A DNA stretch of 64,000 bases from a virus (Duplodnaviria; Caudoviricetes). The number at the start of each line of letters is the position of its first letter. The first letter of the stretch is position 1. Of the stretch, positions 63,886 to 64,000 are shown piece by piece. The translations under genes and the position numbers were made by a program. The DNA is taken from positions 217,567-281,566 of the IMG/VR virus record IMGVR_UViG_3300049182_000044; one strand, written 5' to 3'. The notes beneath the pieces were generated by a model. It was not told the DNA's origin. It was given only the letters and a program-made list of their open reading frames with translations, and did no database searches.

Positions 63886-64000
63886 GTTTTTCTCCTCAGA
63901 TTTTCTTGATTGATTTTGCGACGATGTGCGCAGGGGTGCGCGATTGCGCGAAAGGGGGCGGGGGTCGCGACGCGACGCGCGGCGGCAGAAAGTTTTCCAT

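Noticed and set aside
1-64000. Long plus-strand ORFs (e.g. 6813..8537, 10479..11675, 5362..6228, 16968..17912)
   Set aside because: They are antisense shadows of codon-biased minus-strand genes, with no RBS or recognisable motifs.
1-64000. Stop-codon reassignment (alternative genetic code)
   Set aside because: Conserved genes are intact under code 11, and TAG stops such as 16460 are followed by genuine intergenic leader motifs.
1-64000. Integrase, transposase, reverse transcriptase or DGR
   Set aside because: No such motifs and no template/variable repeat pair were seen in this window.

Overview
This 64-kb window looks like part of a large (probably jumbo) tailed dsDNA bacteriophage genome. 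All credible genes lie on the minus strand, densely packed with clear Shine-Dalgarno sites. The perfect sigma70-type promoters and the enzyme types suggest a proteobacterial host (inference). The left end (1-15 kb) has an HNH protein, a type IIA topoisomerase pair (GyrB-like plus a GyrA-like subunit lacking the beta-pinwheel CTD), two highly charged nucleoid/chaperone-like proteins, a GHKL ATPase with a C-terminal HExxH motif and a candidate ~270-nt structured RNA. The middle (15-47 kb) is an accessory/early region of about 70 mostly small ORFs. It includes PC4-like SSB, DUF72, ART-fold, RNAP alpha-CTD-like, LuxR-like, DUF1413-like, GNAT and SLOG proteins. The right end (47-64 kb) holds replication and nucleotide genes: SbcC/Rad50, Lar-like, DnaX-like, a zincin, Tmk, ThyA, dUTPase, a split class II RNR (NrdJa/NrdJb) and a second PC4. 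The strongest unexplained signals are: (1) ~125-bp promoter cassettes, each a consensus sigma70 promoter bracketed at fixed distances by an inverted 18-bp element; (2) a recurring intergenic decamer AAACTGTAAA upstream of replication genes; (3) Lys-rich disordered tails added to many replication proteins, next to basic/acidic chaperone-like proteins; (4) the structured RNA candidate. No tRNA, rRNA, CRISPR array or virion structural gene was recognised. Motif coordinates were counted by hand (about +/-1). Several ORF starts were moved from the supplied track to the start codon with the best RBS. Family calls rest on recalled motifs, not database searches.
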